A DNA stretch of 64,000 bases from assembly GCA_964016885.1 (NCBI GenBank), contig OZ024743.1:197036001-197100000 (forward strand), read 5' to 3'. Made by a program: the position numbers and the translations under genes. The notes under the pieces are model-generated. The model was given only the letters and a program-made list of their open reading frames with translations. It made no database searches and was not told where the DNA came from. Origin of the DNA: Eledone cirrhosa. Lineage: Eukaryota. Position 1 is the stretch's first letter. Every line of letters starts with the position of its first letter. Positions 24,180 through 38,794 of this stretch are shown one piece after another.

Positions 24180-27100
24180 ATGTCTCTCTACGAAGTCATC
24201 TACTCTCCTCCACTCTCTTACACTATTATTAGTGTTGTTGTATTTATCATTTTGCTGTCTCTACGAAGTCATCTACTCCCATCGGTTTATTTTGCCATGA
24301 GATGCTACAGGCGATGATGGCTACCTACCTCACAATTTCCCTCCCACCACCATAGCCTATTCGACCAATCAAACCTCAGCATGCCCCCCCCCCCCACTAC
24401 CAACTCCAACAAACCCTGCCATTTCTACTACTACCTAACTCTCTACTCCCTTGTCCCAGCTCAACACACTCTGCCATTATTACCACCACCACTGTCCTTC
24501 TAGCCCTGAATTTTCCTATCGTTATGTATGGATGAGCTGAGAATAAATGGAGCAACTCTGAATTAATAGATGAAAATGAATATGAATCCGCGAGCTACCA
24601 AGCACACATGTGAAACTCCAATTCAGAGACAGGAAGCACACACACACCCCTGCAAAAATCGACCCTTCCCTACGAATGTTGACAAATGCCCAAAACTCCG
24701 AGTTGGTACCATCAATGTAAGCACAATGAAAGGAAGAGCAGGAGAAATCGTAGAGATGCTAGAGCGAAAGGAAATTGATGTATGCTGTGTGCAAGAGACT
24801 AGATGGAGAGGAGAGTCTGCTAGAGTCCTTGTAGGAAAAAGTCAGTGCTACAAATTTTTCTGGGTGGGAAATGACGATGGGATGGGTGGTGTAGGTATAC
24901 TACTAGCTGACAAGTGGGTAGATAAGGTAATCTCAGTGAACAGGGTGAGTGCAAGAATCATTAAACTCAGACTAGTCCTGAATAAAACAATTACCACAAT
25001 AATATCAGCTTACGCACCCCAATCGCGGTGCCAGACGAACTTAAGGATAGGTTTTACGCGTCCCTAATGCACACTACTGCTCTAACAAACGACAATGACT
25101 TCCTAATCATCGCAGGAGATTTTTAACGGACACGTAGGTAAACACTGTGGCGGCTTCAATAGAGTCCATGGAGGCCATGGGGTTGGCACAAGAAATGTAG
25201 AAGGATTCAGACTTCTAGAATTCTGTGACGCCAATGACATGTTGATATGTAACACAAACTTCAAAAAACCCGACAACCACCTGATCACCTATAGATCAGG
25301 GGAGCACTCTAGTCAGATTGATTTTATCCTCATCAGAGGACGTGACAGATGGACGGTCGTAAACACAAAAGCCTTCCCCAGTGAGGAATGTACCTCCTAA
25401 CATAGTTTAGTTGTCAGCGACCTCACGGTCAGAAATAGACGAACCTGGAAACAGAGGCCAACCTGGAGAAGAAAGATCTGGAAGCTGAAAGACCCCTCAG
25501 CCAGTAACAGATTTAAAGATATTTTACTCAACGCCTACGACAGTAGAGAAGAACAGATAGAGACATTCAATGTAGAAGAGCACTGGGAGTTCCTAAAAAA
25601 TAACTTACTAGAGGCGACGGATAAGATCTGTGGCTGGAGTAAGACCACAAGCGGGAGGAGAGTGACTTGGTAGTGGAACAATAAGGTAGATGAAGCACTT
25701 AAGGCCAAGAGACAGGCATGGAAAGAATGGAAGAACGGGCGAAGCAGGCAGGATACATTACATAGAGACCAAGAGGGAAGCTAGGCGACAAGTATACTTA
25801 GCTAGAAGGGAAGCAGAGGATAGAAAATTCAAGCATGTTTTGCAACGTGAGGACCAGAAACAGGAGGTGTTCAAGATTGCGTGGCAGTGTGTCAGAGAGA
25901 ATTGTGATGTCATTAGAGAGAAGTGTATCCGGAATGATAAAGGTGAGCTTGCCCTCACAAGTGCTGAGAAGAAAGATGCATGGAAGAGCCATTATGATAG
26001 ATTACTAAATGAGGAGAATGCATGGGAAGAAGAGACCCTACCCCAAGTAGGCGCTATAGAGGAGCCAGCAGTACAAGTCAGCAGCAGCGTAGTAAGTAAG
26101 GCAATCAAAGATATGAAGATGGGGAAGGCAACCGGTCCATCGGGTATAGCTGCCGAGATGCTGAAGGCATCTGGGTCTGTAGGTCACATTATAACCACAT
26201 GTAATGTTAATACTAGAGGGTGTCATACCAAAAGATTGGTGCAGTAGCATCATTGTCAACTGCTACAAAGGTAAAGGTGATGCACTAGATAGAGGAAACT
26301 ATAGAGGTATAAAGCTAATGGACCAGGTCATGAAAGTAACAGAAAGAGTTATAGCACAGTTGATTAGGGACCGGGTGAAACTAGATGAGATGTAATTTGG
26401 GTTTTACCAGGAAGAGGCACCACCGATGCCCTCTTCCTTGTGAGGCAGTTATAGGAAAAGTACCTAGCTAAAAATAAGCCACTCTACCTGGCATTCGTAA
26501 ATCTCGAGAAAGCCTTTGACAGAGTTCCACGTGCTATAATCTGGTGGGCTCTTAGAAAACTAGGAGTAGATGAATGGCTTGTGAAAGCTGTACAAGCCAT
26601 GTATAGGGGAGCAGTCAGCAAAGTTAGGATTAGCAATGAGTATAGCGAGGAATTTAGCGTACAGGTTGGTGTTCACCAGGGCTCTGTTCTTAGCCCTCTC
26701 CTGTTCATCATAGTCCTGCAGGCAATAACGGAGGAGTTTAAGACTGGATGCCCATGGGAACTCCTGTATGCAGATGACCTTGCACTTATAGCTGAATCTA
26801 TGGTAGAACTAGAGAAGAAATTCCAAACTTGGAAGCAGGGGGGGACTAGAAATAAAGGGTCTCAAAGTCAACATGACAAAGACTAAGGTCCTTGTAAGTA
26901 GACGAGAAAACAGAACCCAGATCCCCTCAGGGAAATGGTCTTGCTCAGTATGTAGGAAAGGTGTAGGTAGGAACTCCATTCTCTGCCCCAAATGCAAACA
27001 ATGGGTACACAAGAGATGTAGCGGGATCTCAGGAAGCTTAATTAAGAATGTAGGCTTCACATGTAGCAGCTGTGCTGGGACAGCAAACAAGTACCACCAA

Positions 27101-28013
27101 TCTCTGGGAGGGCTCTGTAGAAACAATAGACAGCTTCTGCTACCTAGGTGACCGAATTAGCAGCGGAGTTGGGTGTTCAATAACTAGAGAAAGAACGGGA
27201 TGGAAGAAGTTCAGGGAGCTACTGCCACTGCTAGTTGCAAAAGGCTTCTCCCTCAAAATGAAAGGCAGACTGTATGATGCGTGTATCCGAGCAGCAATGT
27301 TACATGGTAGTGAGACCTGGGCGCTGAAGGTGGAAGACTTACATAGATTAGAAAGAAACGAAGCCTGCATGCTCCGATGGATGTGTAATAGTAATATACA
27401 CGAACGGCAAAGCATAAATGAATTGAGAGAGAGACTGAACATAAGAGGAATCAAATGCTGTGTGCAGGAGAGGCGGTTGCGTTTGTATGTACATGTGATG
27501 CGTATGAAGGATGACAGCTGCATAAAAAGGTGCAGAGCACTAGAAGTCAATAGAAACCGCGGAGTGGAGAGACCCAAGAAGACTTAGGATAAGGTGATAA
27601 AAGCCGACCTTACCTAATTACACCTCTCAAAGGTGATGACACACGACAGTGACCTCTGGCGTCACGCAGTAATACAGAGTACCCGACCTCCCATGGGTAC
27701 AAGCTGAAGCATATAGACAATATGCCACCACACCCTCCCACTGCAAAGTGGTCGGTGAGGTGCCACGGCAAAAAAGCACCCAGCCCACACTGTAAAGTGG
27801 ACGTGTAGGCGCCACAGAAAAAAGCATCCAGCACTCACTGTAAATGAGGTTGGTGTTAGGAAGGGCATCCAGCTGTAGAAATCAAGCCAAAATCAGTTCC
27901 TATATGAGCAAGGCATGGTCAGCCGATCAGACACTGCCCACAACAGGACAACCCATCTAACCCTTGCTAGCATGGAAGAACGGACGTAAAACGGTGATGA
28001 TGATGATGATGAT
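24180..28013 (+). mobile_element. Near full-length RTE-clade LINE (family 1), inactivated
   Basis: Single APE-RT ORF, 3' UTR and (TGA)n tail; 5' boundary uncertain. Confidence 0.93.
24570..27707 (+). pseudogene. RTE ORF: APE endonuclease, reverse transcriptase and PHD-like finger; several stops and frameshifts
   Basis: GTINV, VQETRW, SAYAPQ, SQIDFIL; KGDALDRGNYRGIKL, LEKAFDRVP, HQGSVLSPLLF, YADDL, YLG, LHGSETW, HVMRM. Confidence 0.93.
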
Positions 28014-28964
28014 GAAAATCATTGTTATGTTTTGTCTGAAATATACCTTCAAAATTCACACAGATCCATTTTGTAATTATAAAGTTTCAACAAGATGTTG
28101 ATTTTTAATGGTGAAACAAGTCTAAACTAATGTAATTTGTTTAAGTTATTTATGAAGACGGGCAACACTGAGTTCTTGCTGCCAGTATATCATAAAATAA
28201 ACATCCTTTTTTTAAAGTTTACATATACATTTCTATTTTAAATATTGCCCCCTGTTGTTGCTAGTAAAATCAGAAGGTACTGATAAATGAAGATATACAG
28301 ACAGTGTGGATGATAAAAAGTCATTAACCCTATGTATTCTTTGGTTTAAAACTAGCTTTTCCTGTAAGTGAATCCTCTCCAGGTAAACCTATGTGGTTAA
28401 GAAGTTCATTTCGGAATCCCAAGGTTTCAAGTTCAATGTTGTACTTTAGGCAAGTTTCTTGCCTTGGATGACTTGGGTTGACCAATATCTTGTAATTTGA
28501 ATTTGGTAGACAGAAACTCTGCAGGTGCCTGTTCTATACATATGTTTGTGTGTCCTTGTCCACGTTTGTGTTTATGTTAACCAAGATTGTGTCCTTTAAC
28601 CCTTTATCATTTACATTACTCTATATACTCTATTATATTTTCATGGTAATTATCTCTCAGAATGTGACAGTTGGAAAGATAGAGGACTGCACAGCATTGG
28701 GCTGATAATTTCTTTATCAATCTCAAATAGATGAAAGGCAAAATGGATACCAGCAGGATTTGAACTCAGAACTTAAATGACAAGATACAAATATCCAACA
28801 CTCTAATGACTCTGCCAAATTGACAGCCTTAATTCAACAAACAGAGATCAATAATTGACTAAAATCCTCCAGCATTGCCACAGTCCAATGACTGAAACCA
28901 GTAAATGATAAAAATAAAAAAAAAAATACTGCTGCTATTTCCGAAATATGTGGTAATAAGTTAA

Positions 28965-29128
28965 CCCTTTAGCATTTACATTACTCAATATTTACTATAG
29001 TGTTTTCGCAGTAAACACTTTACTTCACATAATTATCTCACATAATATCAAATCTATGAGATTTTATTATTTATTTTGAGAACAATACCTTAACATAAGT
29101 ATGAACAACCGGTTTAAATGCTAAAGGT
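28965..29128 (+). mobile_element. piggyBac-type MITE with internal deletion
   Basis: TTAA flanks at 28961 and 29129; about 45 bp between two CCGGTT-like sites is missing. Confidence 0.85.
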
Positions 29129-29334
29129 TTAAACTTTCCAATCTTGATGTTTGGTGCCTTTATGTGCATTCCAAATGTCCATTGCTTTTTCTATTTTCTA
29201 TTTCTTTTGTAAACTTAACATCATTTTTATTAATCTTCAAATATATTCCCACTAATGTTTCCATTACCTAATATATCATAGCAGTTATGAAGATAATCAA
29301 ACTTGCTATCTTCAATTTAGCATTTGTGCCTCCC

Positions 29335-29720
29335 GTTACTTATGGTCATGGATCTTGGGAAATAACTGAAAATAGACAATAGTGAATAAAAGTAGCCAAA
29401 ATGGGATTTCTCTGAAGAGTGTCAGGAGTAAATACCACTTGAGAGTCACTCGAGGTAGAACTGCTACTTCTCTGCATTGAGAGGTCACAGTACTATGGCC
29501 ATGTAGTTAGAATGTCTAAAGAAAGAATCGCAGGATGGTTTTATAGGCAAAGCCAAATGGCAAGTGATGCAGAGCCAGACCATAAGCAAGATGGTTGGAT
29601 AACAGCTATAGTCTTGCCAGATCAGTTGGAGATGATCGCTTCTGATAAGACATTCTGGAAGACATGTCTCAAGACTCTACTCTACTCTTCTACCCTCACA
29701 GGAACAAGTGGGTGAAGAAG
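29335..29720 (+). mobile_element. RTE family 3 3' fragment
   Basis: YGH..W, MGFL*RVSG, LLLLCIERSQ, YGHVVRM remnants; ends GAAGAAGAA. Confidence 0.75.
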
Positions 29721-30390
29721 AACATTCAAATTCATTCTGTATGACAGTATAATGTCAGCCTGACTCTAATTAAAAGCCATACAATGAACATGCAAGTCTG
29801 AGCACAAAAGGATCACAATTGTGAATAGGATTCGAAAGGGATTAACTGGGATGAAAATTGAAATACTTTCACTATCAAAAAAAAAAACGAAAAAAAAAAC
29901 ATCTCAGTTAGACATTTAAATGACAACATTGTTTCAGAGCAAAGATAATCACTTCCACATTTCTGTATAACAGTGCTTCTCAAACATATTTTGTCACAGA
30001 ACCCTTATATGATTTTCAAAAAATAACATAAGCTAGACCTATATTTTATAGACAGTCCCCACCATTCTAATTTAATAATATATTAATCAGCTGTAGAAAT
30101 CTAGCCAGAAACAATTCTATATGAGTAAGAGACAGTCACCTGACCCTACTTGCCTCTAATGGGACAACCTGTCTAAGCCATGCTAGCCTGGAAAATGGCT
30201 GTTAAATGATGATAGTGATGATGATGATGATGATGATGATGATTAAGAGCTCCCAGTACATGTAATGTTGGTGGCATTAGGAAAGGCATCCAGCCATGGA
30301 AATGAAGCCCCAAACAGATCAATATAAGAAAGACATGGTCTTCTGATTTAACCTGGTTAGCCTCATAACACGACAATCAGTATAATCTAT

Positions 30391-30974
30391 CCCTTTAGCA
30401 TTTACATTACTTACTATATATTTACTATTATATTTTCATGGCAAAAGCTTTACCTCACATAATATCAAATATGAGATTTGGATATTATTTACTTTGAGAA
30501 CAATACCTCAACATCAGTATGAGTGGCCGATTGCAGCTGGTTTCGACAGTCTAATCTAACCCTTTAGCATTGACATTACTCTATATTTACTATTATATTT
30601 TCATGGCAAAAGCTTTACCTCATATACTATCAAATATGAGATTTTGATATTATTTATTTTGAGAACAATACCTTAACATCAGTATGAGTGGCCAGTTACA
30701 GCCGGTTTGAACAGAAAGAGATGAGAGAGGTCTGGCTGGATACAGCCAGTTTAACCCTTTAATGTTCAAACCGCCCAAAACCGGCCAGAATTTACTACCT
30801 CTTTCTGTTGAAACTAGCTGTAACTGGTCACTCAAACTGATGTTAAGGTATTGTTCTCAAAATAAATACTTTCAAAATCTCATAGATTCGATATTATGTG
30901 AGATAATTATGTGAGGTAAAGCCTTTACCGCGAAAGTGTAATAGTATATATAGAGTAATGTGAATACTAAAGGG
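30391..30974. mobile_element. Cluster of three piggyBac-type MITE copies (two direct, one inverted)
   Basis: CCCTTTAGCATT at 30391 and 30560; inverted copy 30755-30974 bounded by TTAA. Confidence 0.88.
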
Positions 30975-31989
30975 TTAAGTAAGCATAGAAAATAGATATT
31001 AAACAGTGATGATGATGGTGATGATAATTATATGAAACAAAATTGTTTTAGAGAGAAAATTTATTCTTCTTGATAGTCTGAGCACTTGGTAGATTGCAGG
31101 AGTGTATGTATTGTAGCATTACACCTCCTTATACCAAATGGTAGTTTAGGAATTTGATAGGTATCAAGAAAATAAATACCCAATTGAAATAAGTACTAGG
31201 GTTGATATGGTCAACTAAACCCAGTCTGAATGATGAAACTTGAGGAAAAGAGCAGAGAAAGTTTAGATCTGATGTCCACAAACATAACCCACCTCTCCTC
31301 TACACTGTGTGTGTGTGTGTGTGTGTGTGTGTGATTTAATGTAAATAATGAGGAAACATTCTGAAGACTGAAATAGTTGCTATGACAGCAGTGCTATCAG
31401 CCATGTCAGGTGTTATCCAATAATATAACATTTGCAAGGTTCTGTCAGACAGTGTCAATAGACAATAGAAAAACAGTTCCCAAACAATTGACACTATTTA
31501 GTTAACATCCATAAAAACAACAACAATAAAAATACAAACAAAAAAAAAAACAGGTAAACAATCCAATTTGCTGAATAACGCCATCTGTTATATTCTATTT
31601 CACAGACCATTATTGTTTCTTTTTCTCTTCTATTAATATAAATATTCTTCTAACCATGACAACAAATAACTATCAGTCCACAAGCCATTAAAGGTGGCCT
31701 CTACATGCTGGCGTGACCGGCTAGAAATAGAAGTCAAAATCCCCCTTCCCACATATCACACACAACATCTTAAATGGATAACACATTAAATAATGTAATC
31801 CTTGGTACCTCATACAAAATGGGATGGTTAAGACTGGAATGCCTTTGATCATATATCTGTTGAATTAGGACTCCCTAGAACTAAACGACAATAATAAAAT
31901 CAGTTATCAATGACATCAATGAAGAAGCTTCTTTCCATGGTCATTTGACGTTCTAGAAACAGCAGTGAAATGCCCTTCAAATCGATGAT

Positions 31990-32385
31990 GATTTCTAATA
32001 TAGGCACAAGACTAGCAATTTATGGGGAGAGTAAGTCAATTATATTGACACTAGTAATTGACTAGTACTATATTTTGTCAACATCAGAAGGATGAGAGGC
32101 AAAGCTAACCCTGGCAGCATTTGTACTCAGAATGTAAAAAGCTGTAATTAAATGCTTATAAAGCATTTTCTCCAATACTGTACCGATATTGCCAATCCAC
32201 CGCCATTAAAAAAAAAAAAAAATTGTGGGTCAATTATCAAACCTAGTGCTTCATTGGTACTTTATTTTATTGACCTCAGAGGGCAAAGTTAACCTAGACA
32301 GGACTTGAACAGAGAATGTAGGAAGCCAGAACAAATATTGCAATGGCATTTATATGACACCTTACTGATTCTGCCAATCTTCTCC
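31990..32385 (-). mobile_element. Two diverged SINE family A copies
   Basis: GGCACAAG..GTACT..GGCAAAG..TGCCAATC pattern twice. Confidence 0.7.
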
Positions 32386-32431
32386 CCTTCTGATGATGAT
32401 GATGAAAATAACAAAGTAAAGACATTCAAAC

Positions 32432-32607
32432 AGTCCACACTGTAAATGTGGTTGGCATTAGGAAGGGCATCCAGCTGTAGAAACCAAGCCAGAAACAGTT
32501 CTGTATGAACAAGACATGGTCCCCTCACCCAACTTGTCTCAAACGGCACAACCCGTCTAACCCATGCTAGCATGGAAAATGGACATTTAATGATGATGAT
32601 GATGATG
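32432..32607 (+). mobile_element. RTE-type 3' tail fragment
   Basis: GGAAGGGCATCCAGCTGTAGAA..CCCATGCTAGCATGG..(TGA)n. Confidence 0.8.
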
Positions 32608-33869
32608 AGTTATTTTCATATCAATTCCTAGATGATAACTACCAATTTTTACTTACAGTATCAAAGTCTTTACACAGACTTAATGAAATAGTATGAATCT
32701 ATAATAGGGCATAAGAAGTGTTTTGTTTCTGATGGTTGTAGTTGATTTGTGATATAATGTATTCTCAGATTTCACACAAAAGTATATAGTTTACAATTTC
32801 ATCCTCTTAAAAGCTCTTCAGTATGTTCTTAATATATTCCTGTAATACTTAAAAGCAAAGAAGGTTATAATAGAAATTTATTGAAGGCGTGAGCATATTC
32901 TTTTATACCTTTAATGGTTTAAATAATTAGACTGCGGCAATGCCAGGGCACCACTATAAAAGGATTTTAGTCGATTAATATTAATTCCAGTAAATATTTT
33001 TTCAAGTCTAGTAATTATCTTATCAATCCTTTTTTTCAAACAACTAACTTATGGGATATAAAAACAGAATCTGTTATGGATACACACACACACACATACA
33101 TACAGCAGGCTTCTGCAGTTTCCATTTACCAAATTTCACTCACAAGGCATTGGTAGTAGTAGTAGTAGCAGTAGTAGTCTTAATATCAAATAATAGCTAC
33201 ATAAGAGCATATGTATGTATTTATATGTAAGTATAATTGCTCTAAGGCCATAGCAAAAGACATTTTGCCAAGGTTCTGAACAGTGAGACTGAACTCAGAA
33301 CCTTGTAGTTGTAAAAGCATACTCCTTAACCACATAGCCATGCATCTGCTACCATAACAAAGATAAATAAATGAATAAATAAATAAAAATACAAGGAAAG
33401 AAAGAAAATTCCTGCAGCCAATCAAGACTCGACTCATGAGAATCCCAGACTTTCTAACAACTTTGTGTTTGATCAACTTTCTTTCTTTGCTTTTCACCTT
33501 TCATAGTTTGTATTTGGATTATGAATTTCACGCACATCAAGGAATACCAGGTGTGATAATTAATCAATCTAGGGTTTTACACAATAGCTTTTACCTACAT
33601 AGAAGGTGGTTGGAAGGTGGAGTGAAGTAGGCATTTTGATTATCTAATTGCAGCCCCCTTCACCCCTTAGCACTGACAATAACAATACAAGCTGTATTTG
33701 AATTCTGGGTGTCTGGCTTGAAAACAAATAAGGTCTGGTCATGACAGTAAAGTGACACACACTAACACTGTTGTCAGGACTATAATAAGTGTTACAGGTA
33801 AATGTTAAATAATGGGTGCAGTGAAAAATGGACATACATACATCCATATATACACACAATCACACACAC

Positions 33870-34384
33870 ATCAAGTTTGTCCCAAAAGTAAGGGTACTGA
33901 TTTTCCTATGTATGACATGGTAACAAAGCACCTCGTTGATGTATAGCGGCGTGTTAGTTATGATCTTGTTTCAGCATGATTGATTGAGGCAGTCATGCAT
34001 TATAGATGTTTATGTACAGATGTGTTTATAACCTCTGTTTTGTTTGTGATGCAGGAAAATATCAAACAACAGCACACAATCAAATTCAGCATGAAACTCA
34101 ACAAATCTGCCACCGAAACATTTAATTCTTTAACACAAGCTTATGGAGATACCATACTATTGAGAAGAAAGGATTTTAAGTGTCACAAAATTTTCAATGA
34201 GGACTGAGAAAATGTTGAAAGGGAACATGGTTCTGGAAGGCCAATCTCATCAACAAATGAATAAAATATGGAAGTGGTGTGAGAGGTGATGGAGAAAGAT
34301 CGCTGATTAAGTGCTAAGATGTCTGCAGAAGAAACAGGCTTGGATAAAAATGAAGTTCACAGAATTTTAACAGATTAATTGCAA
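33870..34384 (+). mobile_element. Mariner transposon 5' remnant; transposase N-terminal HTH pseudogene from ATG 34049
   Basis: MQENIKQQHTIKFSMKLNKSATETF..AYGD..GSGRPISS..KDR*LS..VHRILTD with in-frame stops. Confidence 0.85.
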
Positions 34385-34394
34385 ACATTGTTTT

Positions 34395-34710
34395 TGCTGA
34401 GTGCTCTAGTTGATCCAATCAATGGAACTGCTTGTTGGTGATCGTAAAATCAATGTTAAAATGGCTGAGCAATCCATTGACATATGCACAGTTAATGCAG
34501 TTCTCAGTTGTAGTGCCCCTGAGTACTACACAATATTTTCATTATTATTATTATAGATTCAACATGACACAATGTGTGACAAGAAAGGCCCCTTGAATTA
34601 CAGGTACAAATCACTTTCACCAGTTGAGTGTACAGGTGCAACATGAAATAAAGTGTCTAGCTCAAGGACACAATGCGCTGCCTGGTCCAGGAATTGAACT
34701 CCTGACCACT
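34395..34710 (-). mobile_element. CORE-like SINE, diverged
   Basis: TGAAATAAAGTGTCT.GCTCAAGGA shared with 54717-55110 (reverse) and 60190-60480. Confidence 0.65.
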
Positions 34711-34844
34711 GAAATTCATTGCAGCTTAATTTCTTTTTTCTATTCATTCATTTTTTATTATTTTTTAACAGTTAAAAAATAGGGGTTTATTTAATACAAT
34801 GAAAGTGACTCTTTATAGTGAACTGTGAATACGAGAGAGAAAAG

Positions 34845-34926
<82 letters not shown>

Positions 34927-35099
34927 GAGAAATGATGCTCAGTAGTGCTTACTAAACAGCAGTTACAAACTATTACATTGCAAAGATTGATGTAGATAAA
35001 CAAGAGAGAGTAGCTTAGATAAACATTTAGAGGATCAATGCATGCCATGCAACAGATATAACCAATCATTGACTATGCATATAAATGCACTCATACATA

Positions 35100-38000
35100 A
35101 ATAAACACATGTGTAAAGATACAGCTGTACATAACACATGTAATGATACAGCCATACATAACACACATGTAAAGATACAGCTGTACATAACACACATGTA
35201 ATGATACAGCCATACATAACACACATGTAATGATACAGCCATACATAACACACATGTAATGATACAGCCATACATACATAACACACATGTAACAATACAG
35301 CCATACATAACACACATGTAATGATACAGCCATACATAACACACATGTAATGATACAGCTGTACATAACACACATGTAATGATACAGCCATACATAACAC
35401 ACATGTAATGATACAGCCATACATAGCACATGTAATGATACAGCCATACATAACACATGTAATGATACAGTCATACATAACACATGTAATGATACAGCCA
35501 TACATAACACACATGTAATGATACAGCCATACATAGCACATGTAATGATACAGCCATACATAACACATGTAATGATACAGCCATACATAACACCCATGTA
35601 ATGATACAGCTGTACATAACACATGTAATGATACAGCCATACATAACACACATGTAATGATACAGCCATACATAATGCAGATGTAATGATACAGCCATAC
35701 ATAACACATGTAATGATACAGCCATACATAACACACATGTAAAGATACAGCTGTACATAACACACATGTAATGATACAGCTATACATAACACACATGTAA
35801 TGATACAGCTGTACATAACACACATGTAATGATACAGCCATACATAACACACATGTAATGATACAGCCATACATAACACACATGTAACAATACAGCCATA
35901 CATAACACACATGTAATGATACAGCCATACATAACACACATGTAATGATACAGCTATACATAACACACATGTAATGATACAGCTGTACATAACACACATG
36001 TAATGATACAGCCATACATAACACACATGTAACAATACAGCCATACATAACACACATGTAATGATACAGCCATACATAACACACATGTAATGATACAGCC
36101 ATACATAACACACATGTAATGATACAGCTATACATAACACACATGTAATGATACAGCCATACATAACACACATGTAATGATACAGCCATACATAACACAC
36201 ATGTAACAATACAGTCATACATAACACACATGTAATGATACAGCCATACATAACACACATGTAATGATACAGCCATATATAACACATGTAATGATACAGC
36301 TGTACATAACACATGTAATGATACAACCATACATAACACACATGTAATGATACAGCCATACATAACACACATGTAATGATACAGCCATACATAACACACA
36401 TGTAATGATGCAGCCATACATAGCACCTGTAATGATACAGCCATACATAACACACATGTAGAGATACAGCCATACATAGCACATGTAATGATACAGCCAT
36501 ACATAACACATGTAATGATACAGCCATACATAACACACATGTAATGATACAGCCATACATAACACACATGTAATGATACAGCCATACATAACACACATGT
36601 AATGATACAGCCATACATAACACACATGTAATGATACAGCCATATATAACATACATGTAATGATACAGCTGTACATAACACATGTAATGATACAGTCATA
36701 CATAACACACATGTAATGATACAGCCATACATAGCGCATGTAATGATACAGCTGTACATAACACATATAATGATATAGCCATACATAACACACATGTAAT
36801 GATACAGCTGTACATAACACACATGTAATGATACAGTCATACATAACACATGTAATGATACAGCCATACATAACACACTTGCAGAGATACAGTCATACAT
36901 AACACATGTAATGATACAGCCATACATAACACACTTGCAGAGATACAGTCATACATAACACGCATGTAATGATACAGCCATACATAACACACATGTAATG
37001 ATACAGCCATACATAACACATGTAAAGATACAGCTGTACATAACACATATAATGATATAGCCATACATAACACACATGTAATGATACAGATGTACATAAC
37101 ACACATGTAATGATACAGCCATACATAACACACATATAATGATATAGCCATACATAACACGCTATACATAACACACATGTAATGATACAGCCATACATAA
37201 CACACATATAATGATATAGCCATACATAACACGCTATACATAACACACATGTAAAGATACAGCTGTACATAGCACCTATAATGATACAGCCATACATAAC
37301 ACATGTAATGATACAGCTATACATAACACATGTAATGATACAGCTATACATAACACATGTAATGATACAGCCATACATAACACATGTAATGATACAGCCA
37401 TACATAGCACATGTAATGATACAGCCATACATAACACATGTAATGATACAGTCATACATAACACATGTAATGATACAGCCATACATAACACATGTAACAA
37501 TACAGCTATACATAACACATATGTAACGATACAGCCATACATAACACACATGTAAAGATACAGCTGTACATAACACATGTAAAGATACAGCTGTACATAA
37601 CACACATGTAAAGATACAGCTGTACATAACACACATGTAATGATACAGCTGTACATAACACACATGTAACAATACAGCCATACATAACACATGTAATGAT
37701 ACAGCTGTACATAACACACATGTAATGATACAGCCATACATAACACATGTAACGATACAGCCATACATAACACACATGTAAAGATACAGCTGTACATAAC
37801 ACACATGTAATGATACAGCTGTACATAACACACATGTAACAATACAGCCATACATAACACATGTAATGATACAGCTGTACATAACACACATGTAATGATA
37901 CAGCCATACATAACACACATGTAATGATACAGCCATACATAACACACATGTAATGATACAGCTGTACATAACACACATGTAATGATACAGCCATACATAA

Positions 38001-38458
38001 CACACATGTAATGATACAGCCATACATAACGCAGATGTAATGATAGAGCCATACATAACACATATGTAACAATACAGCCATACATAACACACATGTAATG
38101 ATACAGCCATACATAACACACATGTAATGATACAGCCATACATAACACACATGTAATGATACAGCCATACATAACACACATGTAATGATACAGCCATACA
38201 TAACACACATGTAATGATATAGCCATACATAACACATGTAATGATACAGCCATACATAACACACATGTAATGATACAGCCATACATAACACACATGTAAT
38301 GATACAGCCATACATAACACACATGTAATGATACAGCCATACATAACACACATGTAATGATATAGCCATACATAACACATGTAATGATATAGCCATACAT
38401 AACACACTTGCAGAGATACAGTCATACATAACACACATGATACAGCTGTACATAACAC
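35100..38458. repeat. 27/29-bp minisatellite (AC)ACACATGTAATGATACAGCCATACATA, about 3.35 kb
   Basis: Direct; explains the C/V/M/Y-rich ORFs. Confidence 0.98.
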
Positions 38459-38794
38459 AAATTCCTAGTTGTTACGTATATAAATACAAACGCACATAAA
38501 ATATATCATCATTATCATCATCTTATATATGTGTGTGTGTGGGGTGGTTTACTGTATATAATAGCTAAGAATTATATCTATATGAACATAGCTTCATATA
38601 TATACTACACACACATCTATAATCACAGTAATATATACATATATATTGATCAGGCGTTGATATTCAATGTTATATTTATTAATTGTATGCACTGGCAACA
38701 GTCTAAATTGGTGATTATAAATGCACAAAAAATTACTGCTTGCTGCACTGGTGCATACAATTGCAGTGAAACAAATGTCAGAATCCTTCTATAC

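Noticed and set aside
24570-27707. Active LINE or host CFDP2-like gene
   Set aside because: Multiple in-frame stops and frameshifts; APE-RT layout with (TGA)n tail indicates a dead retrotransposon.
35035-38458. Cys-rich protein ORFs
   Set aside because: Translations of the 27/29-bp satellite in all frames.
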